Source of the DNA: Octopus sinensis
Taxonomy: Eukaryota
Assembly: GCF_006345805.1 (NCBI RefSeq)
Contig: NC_043013.1
Span: 44,144,001 to 44,208,000 of the forward strand
Direction of reading: 5' to 3'
DNA length: 64,000 nt
Shown: piece after piece, positions 24,261-37,213 of the stretch
Position numbering within the stretch: the first letter of the stretch is position 1
Layout of the letters: every line of letters starts with the position of its first letter
The notes under the pieces: model-generated
Told to the model about the DNA's origin: nothing
What the model saw: only the letters and a program-made list of their open reading frames with translations
Database searches by the model: none
Translations under genes and position numbers: made by a program

Positions 24261-25091
24261 ATGTAATTAGTTCAAAATGTGGTGAAGATTATTTGTTTGC
24301 ATCTCGGCAACTTGGGGATTAATTATCATCAAAAAAATAAAAACTTTCAATTTAATCTTGGAGGACACACCAAATGTTTTTTGGTACTTCTCATCTTGAA
24401 ACTGATTTATGATAAATCCATTTTCTCATGCTAGTCTGGATAGAGAAGTTTCTGTAAATTTACTCCCTTTTGGGAGAATTATTTTTATAGCTGAATGGTC
24501 TTCTTTTTTTTATATATTTAATTGGCAAATAAGTGGAATCGGTGTGGAAAGTGAGTGGGCTAAACCAGGTTAAGCAAGCAGTCGCGAATCTTTCCCAGGA
24601 TCATAACACAATCAATTTAACGGTGAAATTCAAACCCATGATTATATGGTCAATAATCCATTAGTTAAAAATGTTATAACAAATTGTGTTTCATATTCAA
24701 ATAAACTGAAAGTCAACCATGCACAAAGAAGTGAAGAAAACTTTTGCGGGTTTCATTTTTATGTCGTATCAAGGACAAATTAGTTTGTGCCTAGATCTGT
24801 GTGCAATGCCTATTGTCAGATTTGAACCAAGCACTACAAGTTAATGAAACATTGATCTTTACCAAATACACCTTTTATGCTTGTGGAGTGCTATCTGCAT
24901 CTCTTACTTTTTTGACAGTACCATGCCTACCATAAGTCAATAGAGGAGCAGCTATGCAGTCACTCAGCCACTTAGAAAAAGGAGCCAAATCTCCCTCCAA
25001 GTTCACCCTTCCATTCTAAGAAAGGACACATGAGATAATGTGATCCTGGGTGCTCTGTGTTCAACAAAAGGATAGAATAGTCACAGCTGTC

Positions 25092-25403
25092 TGTTGTATG
25101 TTTTGTTTGTTCCTTGTCAAGCCATGCCTGGCTCATAAGGGCCGGTTTCCCAGTTTCCTTGGCATATAGGTTCCCCACCTGAACGAGACACTGGCCCATC
25201 GCAGGTGAGCTGCTAGATGCAGGAGAAAAGAGTGAGAGAAAGTTGTGGCGAAAGAGTCAGCAGAAGTTCGCCATTACCTTCTGCTGGAGCCGCATGGAGC
25301 TTAGGTGTTTCGCTCATAAACACACACATCACCCGGTCTGAGATTCGAACCCGCGATCCCTCGACTGCGAGTCCGTTGCTCTAACCACTAGGCCATGTGC
25401 CTC
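25092..25403 (-). mobile_element. tRNA-derived SINE family D (V-domain-like centre)
   Basis: Minus strand head ggaggcacatggcctagtggttagagc..gggttcgaatctc; centre cctgcgatgggccagtgtctcgttcagg. Confidence 0.8.
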
Positions 25404-26487
25404 CAGCTGTCTAGGACAAAGTGACATCTCATTCAGTTAAACTGGTAAAGGAAATGCATTACCATTAGTTTCAGCAAAGTGTATTCAATTATTCATTTAA
25501 TGTTAACCATTTGTCACCATATTTCCAAAGAAATATCTTATCTATGTGTTTCAATTCATTTCAAAATCTAATCAAAAATTTAATGTGGTTTAGTAAAACA
25601 AGTATTATTTTCATTATTAAGTTGGTGTTTGGAATATAACAAAAAAGTTCTTTCGTAAAGTAGTGGTAGAAGGAACTAGAATATCTAGAATATAAAACAG
25701 TTTTGTATCATAGTAATAGAGGCAATTGATATGAAAAGGGTTAACTCACCACACTGTGCTCAAGTTATAATCCCAGTGCAATGCATGACTGACTGACATG
25801 ACGAGTCACTATCAGATTTCTAATAGGTGCAACCTCACTGCCAGAAGTTTTACACTCCATGACTTTTGAAATTTGTCTAAACACTAGAGTAAGATTGTGT
25901 ATTTGTATGTATTGTTGCTTTGACCCGAGTCAACCTGGATTGAGCAGACCTACAATCAAAGGCGTTCAAGCAGTGATCATTCTGTATTTGTTTAGGGTAT
26001 AATGTTTCCAGGATTATATTATCCTGCATACGTATGTATTCTTTCCCTTGTAAACTGTAGAATGTGGTTTGAGAAACTTTGTTCTCTGTTTCCAGTAGGT
26101 CGAATGACCCAAGTAGAGACTCCTTCATTTGCTAGTGTGCTTATCTCTTGTTTTTGTTTTCTGTGCATGTGTTTTGTTTGTGTGTTTGGCTACTAGTGTG
26201 GTTATGTGCAGTGTGTATTTATATATATGTGTGTGTCTATCTAGCTAGTATGAGTTAATACATTGTCTTATTAAGGTTACAGTGTTATATCTGTGAAGTC
26301 AAATTTTATCATGAAATAACTATTCATGTTAGATTTGGTGCTTTTCTAAGCCTTCTTTCATCATCATTGAGGATGGTGGATGGCAAAATGGGTAGTGTCA
26401 AACAAAATGCTTTCAAGCATTCAGCTACATTCCTTTACTGTCTGAGTTCAAATCCTGCTGAGACCAACTTTGCATTTCATCCTTCTT

Positions 26488-27066
26488 ATTTCTTTATTGC
26501 CCACAAGGGGCTAAACATAGAGGGGACAAACGAGGACAGACAAATGGAATAAGTCGATTATATTGACCCCATTGCGTAACTGATACTTATTTAATCGACC
26601 CCGAAAGAATGAAAGGCAAAGTCAACCTTGACGGAATTTGAACTCAGAACGTAACGGCAAATGAAATACTTATTTCTTTATTACCCACAAGGGGTCAAAC
26701 AAGGACAGACAACCGGATTAAGTCGATTACATCGACCCCAGTGCGTAACTGGTACTTAATTTATCGACCCCGAAAGAATGAAAGGCAAAGTCAACCTTGA
26801 CGGAATTTGAACTCAGAACGTAACGGCAGATGAAATACTTATTTCTTTATTACCCACAAGGGGTCAAACACAGAGGGGACAAACAAGGACAGACAAACGG
26901 ATTAAGTCGATTACATCGACCCCAGTGCGTAACTGGTACTTAATTTATCGACCCCGAAAGGATGAAAGGCAAAGTCGACCTTGGCGGAATTTGAACTCAG
27001 AACGTAACGGCAGACGAAATATCGGTAAACATTTCGCCCGGTGTGCTAACGTTTCTGCTAGCTCGC
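26488..27066 (-). mobile_element. SINE family B trimer (one head plus 3 tandem bodies)
   Basis: gaactcagaac recurs near 26640, 26810 and 26992; junction gaaatacttatttcttt. Confidence 0.9.
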
Positions 27067-27910
27067 CACAGATTAAATTCCGCTAAGCATTTCTCCCGGG
27101 ATGCTAACGTTTCTGCCAGTTCACCGCCTTTCATCCTTTGCATTTCATCCTTCTGTTACTGGTAATAAAGTACCAGTGAAATACTGGGTCAATTTAATAA
27201 ATTAGCCCCTTCTTTTACAAATTTCTGGACCTGTGCCTATGTCAGAAATGGTTATAATGAAGGTGGTGGACGTCAGAATGAGTAGAGAGTTGGACAGAAT
27301 CCCTGTTATATCCCTTTTCTCGTCTGTGATCACCTTGCCAAGAATAATAGATTGGCAGTATCATGAACCATTAAAGCTTCAGTCAGAATGCTTACTGCAT
27401 TTCATTGCAGACTTTTACATTCTGAATTGAAATCCAATTTCACCACTCGCATCCACCCTTTATGAAATTTACGAATGTGCATCTTCCCTCTTTACTCTCA
27501 CCTTGTTCTTCAAGTATTATTTGAAGAAGTTGGAATTTTGGCCAGAGAAGAAAAGCTCCAGTCTCAATTATTTTAACTTCCTTCACCGTAGCCTCAAGAC
27601 AAGAGGGCTATCCTCTCTTTCTTGCCAGTGGAATAATAATAATTACATAATTGATACTTGATACTACTAACAGTCTACACATTTGAGGTACTTATAACTA
27701 ACACAACACATACTCTACACAATCAACACAATACTGTATACACATAATAAAACTTACATTTCATATGCTCTACATAACAGATGGAGCTCTAAAATAACAC
27801 CAGGAACAAGATAATCCCCCACCTGGCTATGCAAAACCAATGTTGCATACAAATACAGTTCTGTCTTTCTAAAAGACTAGGCTACACACACTTAAGGTTC
27901 ACATGTGCAA

Positions 27911-27942
<32 letters not shown>

Positions 27943-27945
<3 letters not shown>

Positions 27946-28482
27946 AGGCAGTGGCTCTCGTGGCTTCTGATCTTAACTGATTGGAAGTGTTATCATGTAC
28001 ATTGTTTTGTCTTGGTATAAAAGATGGGCTACAGCAAATATTCTGCTCAATACCACACATTTGCTTGTCAGTTGTTTAACCATAACCAGTTGGGCATGTC
28101 CCTTAGTGGCTGACAATATATGCATCTCTGATCACGAGCAGAAGTAGTGGAGGAGCATCATAGCCATGTGTTGAGAGGAATACTTTGGGATTTGAATAAT
28201 TCACCTCTGGAACCATGGGTATTTTGTTGAACATCCTTAAACAACCCTTATTCAGGAACCTTTTGAGTGGGATGGGTTACTTGACCAGAAGAAAATTCTA
28301 GCTGGACCCCACCTGCAAGGTTATGCGCTGTTTATCTTGATATGAGATCACCATGCCGTGCACATATGGTAGTGATGCATGTGCCTGGTGTACCCTTATC
28401 AGACGGGTAGTCATGATGGGTATATTGGGCTTCGTATATTTTACCCCAGTGTCACTTTGATGGCATGCACTGCTCTCTCACT
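27943..28482 (+). mobile_element. Unclassified ~540-bp retroposon-like element embedded in (AAT)n
   Basis: Complex sequence with (AAT)n immediately on both sides; no ORF recognised. Confidence 0.55.
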
Positions 28483-28483
28483 C

Positions 28484-28530
<47 letters not shown>

Positions 28531-28762
28531 TGATGATTTATGCAGAAGACCAACAATTTTGGAAGGAGTGGGTTAACCAGTAGCCACTACCTGAGAATTT
28601 GACTGGTACTTTATTTCATTGACCTCCAAAGGGATGGAAAGCAAAGTTGATCTTGGCAGGATTTGGACAAAAAAAAAGAAAAAGAAAAGCAAGAAAAGAT
28701 GTGCTGCAAAGTATTTTTTTCTGACACCCTAACAATTCTACCTATCCACTGCCTTAAATAAC

Positions 28763-28805
<43 letters not shown>

Positions 28806-29292
28806 TGATAATAGTAATAATTATAGTAGCAATACTAACATTAGTGTTTGTTGGAAGGATTAGTATGTGAAAAGCTGTAATCCTACATTCAGGTGGATAA
28901 TAGGCAGCATGATAGATTTGCCCTTGTATCACGGGTTATGGCAGTAATAACCGGCAATTATTGGAATTATAATCAGATAGCGGCCTGAATGCCTTCCAGG
29001 CTATTTTTGTCGTCATAATCTAGAATGAATTTAGACCAATTCTTTGTCTGCTGATCCTTTCTTACTTCACTTTCTATATTTCAGTGCCTAAATAGAGAGG
29101 CATTTCCCCGAGACAATGAATAAATAACAACAGGGTTTTTGTTTCTAATTTATCATAATGACAATGCTGACGAAGATAATGATGAGGAGGAAGATAGTGA
29201 TATCCAACCACCACAAACTTAAGGGTCAGTCACATCTAACTTCATGATGGGCCAACAAGGGAATCTCTACATAATAATCAAATCTCTCTTAA

Positions 29293-29512
29293 CCCTCTAG
29301 CATTCAGATTACTCTGCCAAATGTAAAGCCTCTTTAATCACATTGTTTTAAATTAATTGTACAGCATCTTGTAACTCTGAGATTTTGATGATGTCCCTGT
29401 TTATTTTTAGAATGACTTTGTAGGGTAGGTGTGAGAGGTCAGAGCTGGCTGGTTTGAGCATAAAACAGGAAGACAAATTTGGCCTGATATGGCCGGTTTA
29501 AACACTAAAGGG
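29293..29512. mobile_element. piggyBac-like MITE P2
   Basis: TTAA|CCCTCT...AAAGGG|TTAA, 220 bp. Confidence 0.9.
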
Positions 29513-30299
29513 TTAAACCATACACTACTGTCTAGAAAAAGAAAAGAAACACTGTCTATTGGAGTTGTAAATACTCCTATAAAAGTAATGTAGTCATGAC
29601 TGGAATGCATACTTAGAGTTAATCTGGAGCTTAACAAATACCAGTTGTGTATGACCTGACAATGTCAAGCTGCCGTCTTCCTTGATGGCCAGAAAGCTTC
29701 TCACTGTAGACTCTGTCTGCTGGTGTTTGCAGGTGTATATATGCAGCTGAAGAGATGTTTACTGTATGTTTCTGCATCATCATCATTGTTTAACTTCTGC
29801 TTTCCCATGCTTGCATGGGTCAGACAAAATTTTGCCGAAGCAAATTTTGTTTTTTCCAGGTAAGGTAGTAATTTTCCTTGGTCTAACCATGTTATGCATG
29901 AGAGACTAGAAACAAACAACATTGCTTGTATGACAGTGATAGCAAGACAAGAACACACATGCACACACACACACACACACACAACACTTTCCATCTACCA
30001 CATATCCACTCACAAGGCTTTAGTTGGCCTTAGGCAATAGAAGACACTTGCCCAAGATCCCACAAAGTGGGACCAAACCCAAGAGCTTATGGTTGGAAAG
30101 CAAACTTCTTAACCACATGACCGTCCCTGCACCAATTTATTGATGACAAATATGTATTGATTCTTCATATGAAAATGCCATTGTGTTAGTAAAGGGATTC
30201 TTGTACAATAGAAAATATAATTTATAAGAATTTTGCTGGTTGAGGAGTACACACATCATGTGTCATTAAATGGAAATAATTTTTTTATTTTTTTATTTA

Positions 30300-30602
30300 T
30301 TTATGCACCTTTTTCAAGCCTAGCCAGGCTCATGGGGCTGTTTTCCCGGTTTCTGTGGCGCATGTGTTCCCCCCAGCTGGATGGGACGCCAGTCCATCAC
30401 AGCGTTACTCAAGAAGCAGGAAGAAAGATTGAAAGTTGGGGCGAAAGAGTACAACAGGAGTTGCCACCACCCCGTGCCAGAGCCTCGAGGAGCTTTAGGT
30501 GTTTTCGCTCAATAAACACACACAACGCCCAGTCTGGGAATCGAAACCGCAATCCTCCGACCGTGAGTCCGCTGCCCTAATCACTGGGCCATTGCGCCTC
30601 CA
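30300..30602 (-). mobile_element. tRNA-derived SINE, diverged relative of family D
   Basis: Minus strand head tggaggcgcaatggcccagtgattagggc..ggtttcgattccc; centre gatggactggcgtcccatccag. Confidence 0.8.
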
Positions 30603-32093
30603 CAAATGTTTGGAAATAATGTTGACAATATAAAGGTCATCAAGCTTTTTGTAGTGTCCCAACAAATTGTTTAAAGTTATTAGGCATTTTCAATTATTTT
30701 CCTAAAAACTGCTCTGACAATCAACGTTATTGTGATATCAGAATAGAATACCCAACTTGCCCAAGGAGACTGATTAATTATTTTTGTTGAGATAAACCAG
30801 TACAGTTAAAATAATAGTAAAACAAAATAAAAAGAAGTGCCTAATTTGGGAAAACGAGAATGGTAGGTGCTTTATAATAAATATACTTGATAGTGTGGGG
30901 GTTAGCAGGGGTGGTGGGGTTGCTTGGAAAAGCACTGGAAACACGGTTTAGCTTCTAACAGAAGACCTATTGTTTTATTTTGTTTTAAATTCATGCTTAT
31001 GTCTGATATCATTTTGCATCGAAATCTTAATTAATTAATGAGTCTATTATTGTGCTTCATGTGTTACTGAAAAAAATATCTCTGTAACTCATTGGGTTGG
31101 TGGAGCAGTGGTTGAAGACATTTGTTTATTTAACTTTTGCACTTAGGTTTCCACTGGGCCGACAACTGGCTCACTACATTTTTAATGGCAAGAGTAACAA
31201 GGGAGTGTCTGTATCTTGGTGTAGAACAAACATCACTCAAAGGGCTTTGTTCTCAAGTTTTTTCAGTTTCATTCTCAATGTTACATCCTTCACTGATATA
31301 CAATACCAATAAGAATTATGAAAAAAAAATCCTTATCTAGAACAAGTGTCTGGTATTTTGGTAGAAATCCATCCACTCAATAATAATGTTATTATTTTGC
31401 TCCTCATCATCAGTAAATGGAAGTCTAATAATCAATCAAACAATATTTATACAGTGTCATTGCCAGGCTGCAGTTTCAACTCCAAAGCATACACTTACAC
31501 TTGCATGTGCACACACACTCACATATGCACACGCACTTGTATGTATGTATTGGGTGTCTTTTTCCGTAGCCTTAGGTTAACCAGTATTGAGTGGAATTTA
31601 GTAGAGAAACTGTCTAGAACACATCTACACGTCAAGCTCCTGCATTTTTGTTTCTCTAAATCCTGCTCACAACAAATTGATGAACCCAAAAGCTTTGATA
31701 AACCGCTCATAATAAAGTTACTACAGATGGCATTCATTATCATCATCATCATCATAGCATTTAACATCCATTCTCCATGCTATCATGGGTTGGACAGTTT
31801 GGCTGGAGATGGAGATCTGCCTGATTTCCATTTGCTTGTTTTGGCATGGTTTCTATGGCTGGATTCCTTTCCTGACACCAACCATTTTACAGAGTGTACT
31901 GGGTGCTTTTATGTGGAACCAATATGAGCACTTTCATATATGACACCAGCACAGGTGCTTTTACATGACACTGGCATTGGTGCCTCCATGTGGCACCAGC
32001 ACAGGTGCTTTTACATGGCACTGGCATGGGAAACCTGAAATCATGTGGCTGTAAAGCAAACTTCTTATCCACACAACCATACCTTTAACTCTG

Positions 32094-32390
32094 TACGCAG
32101 GAGTGGCTGTGTGGCAAGTAGCTTACTTACCAACCACATGGTTCTGGGTTCAGTCCAACTGCGTGGCACCTTGGGCAAGTGTCTTCTACAAGAGCATCAG
32201 GCCGACCAAAGCCTTGTGAGTGGATTTGGTAGACGGAAACTGAAAGAAGCCTGTTGTATATATGTATATATGTATGTGTGTGTGTATGTTTGTGTGTCTG
32301 TGTTTGTCCCCCCACCATCGATTTGGTCGACTAAAAGGCGGTGCTCCAGCATGGCCACACTCAAATGACTGAAACAAGTAAAAGAGTAAT
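32094..32390 (+). mobile_element. SINE family A, internally deleted
   Basis: Head and tail present; about 90 bp of body missing. Confidence 0.88.
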
Positions 32391-32620
32391 TTGAAGGAGA
32401 GTACAATACACTGGAGTGGATACCATACTGTAGCTTTCTTTAAACTGAAGGAGCTAAACACACCGCTGCAAGAAATAATGATACAGTGCTCCCACTGCTT
32501 GCATCAGTGACCATGTTTATATTTTTGCTAAGTAGCTTAAGTGGACATTTAGAGAAAAATTGCATATATTTCATAAGGATAGTCTCGTGTTTTTTCCTTA
32601 TCTTTCTTCCGTAGTCTTAA

Positions 32621-32845
32621 TCCTTTCATTACCGTATTTATTTTGAGATGCTCAGTGTTTCTTTCAATTAATTTTAAATATAATAAAGAATTTAGTAAAA
32701 TAACTTGGTTATCATTCAGCTAGTGTTAGCAACATAAATTGTGACTAAGGTTTGGTGGAAGATTTCAATCCAAAACTTAAGAAAACAAGACATTTTTACT
32801 ACAGAGGAGCCAGAGACGGTTTCAGCTGGGTTGGTATCAAAAGGG
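32621..32845. mobile_element. piggyBac-like MITE P1
   Basis: TTAA flanks; left terminus mutated to TCCTTT. Confidence 0.88.
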
Positions 32846-33011
32846 TTAAGTTATAACTTTTGCTAGAACTTATCTATATCTAGATAGAGTGAGCCAATGA
32901 GAGTTAAGCCCTTCTACAAGTACTTTATATATATTCCATCAGCAGAGCCAGATTAAAACCCATAGAGGCCCTAAAGACTTAAAGAATTTGGTGCCCCCTG
33001 CTCCACTATAT

Positions 33012-33336
33012 TCTTTTACTTGTTTCAATCATTTCACTGTGGCCATGCTGGAGCACTGCCTTTAGTCAAGCAAATCGATCCCAGGACTTATTCTTTGTAT
33101 GCCTAGTACTTATTCTATCAGTTGTCAAGCAATGTTGGGGGAACAAACACAGACACACAAACATATATATATATATATATACAACGGGTTTCTTTCAGTT
33201 TCCGTCTACCAAATCCACTCACAAGGTTCTGGTAGGCCCGAGGCTATAGTAGAAGACACTTGCCCAAGGTTCCATGCAGTGGTACTGAACCGGAAACCAT
33301 GTGGTTGGTAAGCAAACTACTTACCACACAGCTACT
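33012..33336 (-). mobile_element. SINE family A
   Basis: Reverse complement of tail, body and head. Confidence 0.88.
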
Positions 33337-34062
33337 CGTACACCTATATATGATATATATATATATTAGAAGTTTTGGAGATGATGTACAGGTATTATAT
33401 ATTAGAAGAAATAAGGTATTCAGATATATATATATATATATATATATGTATTTAAAAATGTAAATGGTAATAAACAATAAAATTAATTTTTACCTTTCGA
33501 AATGAAACAAAACTGACAGTAAGATGGAAAATAATATTTATTTTTGTATACTTCCACTTTATTTGGTAAGTTTTCTCTTCCTTTTTTTAATTGCAAAGTC
33601 TTTAAATCAGATCCTCACAATGACACCATGAACACTTCAAAACTATATTTCCAATCGTATAAACCACTTTGAATATTTAGCAAGTTTAAAGTGATTTCTT
33701 TTGTATTGTAAACCATTTACCATTTCTGTGATGCCTCACCCTTCCCTTGATGCCCTAAGCATGTGCTTATTTTGCTTAATGGTAAACCACTAGTGGTGAT
33801 CACCAGTAACCGTGTTGATATATAAAACATTACCCCTTCATCTGCTAGGACAACCGCTCTCTTGACCCATCTGTCACTGAGCCAATAAGAAGCTGTCCTA
33901 CCTGTATACATTATCACTTTTTCATATTCCAAAGTTCGTTCAAAGAACGTTAGATTAGACTATGTGCACAAGGGTAGCTGTATAATTAAGTGGTCCACTC
34001 CACAACTATGTGGTTTTGTTAATTTTACAATTAGCTACGGGTAAATAGAACATTTGTCTTAC

Positions 34063-34120
34063 CTTGTATTACTGCTGTGTGTAAGTAATAACCCAAATCA
34101 GTGAACTCCAAAATAAGTAC
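34063..34120 (-). CDS. Candidate 58-nt exon of an unidentified host gene
   Basis: Minus strand ACTTTCCATTTGCAG|...CAAG|GTAAGA; open frame VLILEFTDLGYYLHTAVIQ; protein not recognised. Confidence 0.2.
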
Positions 34121-34690
34121 CTGCAAATGGAAAGTAACTGTAATTAAGTTATGTATGAATTAACTGTAGTCAGTGAAACATCACCTCCTCCTCCTCCTCA
34201 TCATCATCATCAAAATCATCACCATCACTACCACCACCACCACCACCACCACCGCTACAACCATTGTCCCCATTGTTACCAACTTCATTATTATTATCAA
34301 AGTGGTGAGCTGGCAAAAACATTAGTATACTGGGTGAAATGCTTAGTAGCTTTTCATTTCATCTTTACATTCTGAGTTCAAATTCTGCCAAGGTTGGCTT
34401 TGCATTTCATCCTTTCGGGGTTAGTAAATTAAGTACCAGTTATGTACTGGGATCAATGTAATTGACTAGCACCCTCCCCCAAAATTTCAGGCCTTGTACT
34501 TATTGTAGAAAGTATTATTATTATTATCATTATTATTATTATTATTATTATGCTTATTATTATCACTGTTATTATTATCATATCTTCAGTTACATCCATC
34601 AATGTGAAGTAACAACTGTACTATTATCAACAGTGTGATCATCATCATCATCATCATCAGTAGCAACAATAATGAGTCAAAAGAGGAACC

Positions 34691-34949
34691 TTAATGCAAT
34701 CACTCAATCAGCTGCCAAATTTCCTTGAATTGTACACTGCTATCTCATAAAAGGAAGGCGACATAAGATAAAGTAGTTCTATATATATATATATATATAT
34801 ATATAGAACTACTTTATCTTATGTTGCCTTCCTTTTATGAGATAGCAGTGTACAATTCAAGGAAATTTGGCAGCTGATTGAGTGATTGCATTAATATTTC
34901 TAAATTGAATTTTTCCCTGTAAGTTAGGAATAATATTCCCTCAAATAAT

Positions 34950-34983
<34 letters not shown>

Positions 34984-35042
34984 ATTATTTGAGGGAATAT
35001 TATTCCTAACTTACAGGGAAAAATTCAATTTAGAAATATTAA
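34691..35042. repeat. Two abutting (AT)n-centred palindromes (34691-34894 and 34891-35042) sharing one TTAA
   Basis: 90-bp arms with one mismatch and 63-bp perfect arms. Confidence 0.95.
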
Positions 35043-35087
35043 ATCAAATTTCACAAAATATAATATATATATATATATATATATATA

Positions 35088-35401
35088 AAAATTAGAAAAA
35101 AACATTTTTATCAAATCAAAATGAACAATTAAATTACACCATCTAGAAAATTACATATAATAGAAATATTAAAATTAAAATAACAATAATATACTGAAGA
35201 TTAAGTAAATTGTAAAATAATAATAAAAACGTATATATTTGGTAGAATACGTTTTTATTATTATTTTGCAATTTACTTAATCTTCAGTATATTATTGCTA
35301 TTTTAATTTTAATTTTAATTTTTCTATTATATGTAATTTTCTAGATGGTGTAATTTAATTGTTCATTTTGAATTGATAAAAGGTGTTTTTTTTTCTAATT
35401 T
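35088..35401. repeat. AT-rich fold-back element, ~145-155-bp arms, 14-nt spacer
   Basis: Arms about 93% identical by eye, with small indels. Confidence 0.9.
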
Positions 35402-36734
35402 ACACACACATCTATATATACATATATACAATGAGCTTCTTTCAGTTTCTGTCTACCAAATCCACTCACAAGGCTTTGGTCGGCCTGAGGCTACAGTAGA
35501 AGACACTTGCCCAAGGTGCCACGCAGTGGAACTGAACCCAGAACCATGTGGTTGGCAAACAAGCTAATTATCCCACAGCCACTCCTGCATAGTTCAGTTA
35601 CATAAATTAATGTGGGGAAAAACAAAACAGAAATTTTGAAAGAAGTAGCTATAAAACTGGATTTTAAACATCAAATGGCTATCAGAGTCCACCAGAAAAG
35701 AATAATAATTGAAGGGATTCGTGGGTAAAAAAAATAGTTGAGAACCACTGGTCTATATAAACCATCTCATTTTCAACTGTTCCATTTCTAAATTAAAACC
35801 TTTCATCATAATTTTATGTTAGAACTTTTTGTTATGTTCCAAATGCCAGCTTAATTATAAAACACCTATTTTACAAAATTCCTCAAAATTTTTGACTTTG
35901 TTTCTGAATTGGAACCAATAGACACTGTTTTACCTTAGAACTATAGTTAACGGTTAAATACTTTCTTTCTAAAGAAATGATACATAAAATAATTTATATT
36001 CAAGTATACTTGAAAATTACATTTTTTATAAGTATTCACAAAGTTAGGCAAAAATTGTTCAAGCTTTTTTTCTTTTTTGAATATTCTATTTTTCATTGAC
36101 TATTTTTCTTTAGTGATAGAAAAAAAAAAAAGGACTTTTGCAAGTGAGATGTGTTCATTCAGATCAATCATTAACTAAGGCTAACCAAGTCTGTAACATT
36201 GATTGTTTTTTTCTTCTTCCTCTCTCTTTTTTGTTATTTTGTAAGTTTCTTTCGGAAAGAAATATTACAAATAAGGTGTCAACTATCACTTTAACAAAAA
36301 AAAAAAAAAAATTAAAATAAAAAATTTTTTTTAAATAAAAAAAGAAGGATCATGTTAAGAAATACACAGCAGTGAATAATAATTGTTGTTTCTGAATGAA
36401 GCTTAGCATACAAAATACTGTCAGTGTGTTGGTCGACAAAATTTTTATTTGGTACACCTTCTCCTGGGCTGTTCACCTGTAGCTGTTGGCCATCATGTCT
36501 GAAACCCTGTTATTACTTACATACTAAACCAGCCTTCATTCACACAAAACCCTCCTCCCTCTTAACAACAACAGGAGAAATCCCCCTAACTTTTAAAATT
36601 ATTGTTGTTGTTGGTCTGTTTCATGCTCTATGCTTATTTTACTCATCATTGTAGTTGTGTCTGTTGTCAGCGACATTGCTCCACCCACTTAAAACTATTT
36701 CTTAAGTATATGTACCTGCATTTGTACGTATGTG

Positions 36735-36764
<30 letters not shown>

Positions 36765-36765
<1 letters not shown>

Positions 36766-37138
36766 TGAAAGCTACACCAATGCCAGAACGGGACGACACT
36801 GCATAGTGCCAAAGGTCCCAGCAATGCCATCACACTTCAGAACCAGTTACTGCAACAGCCTGGGTTTCAAGGGCCCACAGCTTTTTAATATTCTCCCAAA
36901 GAGTCTGAGGAACTTGCACAAAGTAGATGTAGGGGTTTTTAAATCAAAGCTGGACCTCTTCCTGCCGAGTGTCCCAGATGAACCTACCTCACGGCAAGAG
37001 GTGCAAATGAGAGTAGCTCTATCAAACTCCATGCTTCACCAAGTGCCACATATTAGAGGAGGCTCTTAGTAATAACACTGTAGCAAAGCGGCGGTGCATC
37101 AGTATGGCCACACCTCCGAGCTGAAACTAGATAAAATA
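36765..37138 (+). pseudogene. 5'-truncated CR1/L2-like LINE 3' end (ORF2 C-terminus plus 3' UTR) within (TA)n
   Basis: NSLGFKGPQLFNILPKSLRNL..FKSKLDLFLPSVPDEP..ALSNSMLHQ; stop at 37067-37069. Confidence 0.85.
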
Positions 37139-37213
37139 TATATATATATATATATATTTGTATGTATGTATATATACATATATATATATACTTTATTTAA
37201 AAACAGCAGAAAT

